Of a DNA stretch of 64,000 nt, positions 63,936 to 64,000 are shown piece by piece (the stretch's first letter is position 1; each line of letters begins with the position of its first letter). The DNA comes from Octopus sinensis (taxonomy: Eukaryota): assembly GCF_006345805.1 (NCBI RefSeq), contig NC_043007.1, positions 34,100,001 to 34,164,000 on the forward strand. Direction: 5' to 3'. The notes beneath the pieces were generated by a model. It made no database searches. It was not told where the DNA came from and saw only the letters and a list, made by a program, of their open reading frames with translations. Position numbers and translations under genes: made by a program.

Positions 63936-64000
63936 TATAGATCTTGGTAATGTTCATCTACAAGCTTTAGTGTTACCCATTAAAAGCCAGGTAACGTTGG

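Overview
AT-rich, repeat-saturated animal genomic DNA. The SINE families match those I know from Octopus/coleoid cephalopod genomes; this assignment is from recall, not a database search. I cannot recognise any intact host protein-coding gene. Nearly all ORFs in the supplied track are microsatellite translations or decayed transposon fragments. The window looks intronic or intergenic. It holds dozens of tRNA-derived SINE copies (families here labelled A-D), decayed LINEs (RTE, CR1/L2-group, R4/Dong-like), DNA transposon relics (mariner, maT/Tc1-like, Chapaev3-like, Tigger4-like, a pogo-type MITE, Helitron-like elements) and probable Penelope-like remnants. The most notable structures are: an ~830 bp near-perfect palindrome inside a SINE; several minimal type-I hammerhead ribozyme motifs (best at 43236-43292); three terminally redundant 0.57-0.8 kb repeat units; head-plus-headless SINE multimers with a fixed junction; a 535 bp near-identical tandem duplication; and a few candidate microexons. 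Most SINE boundaries are approximate.
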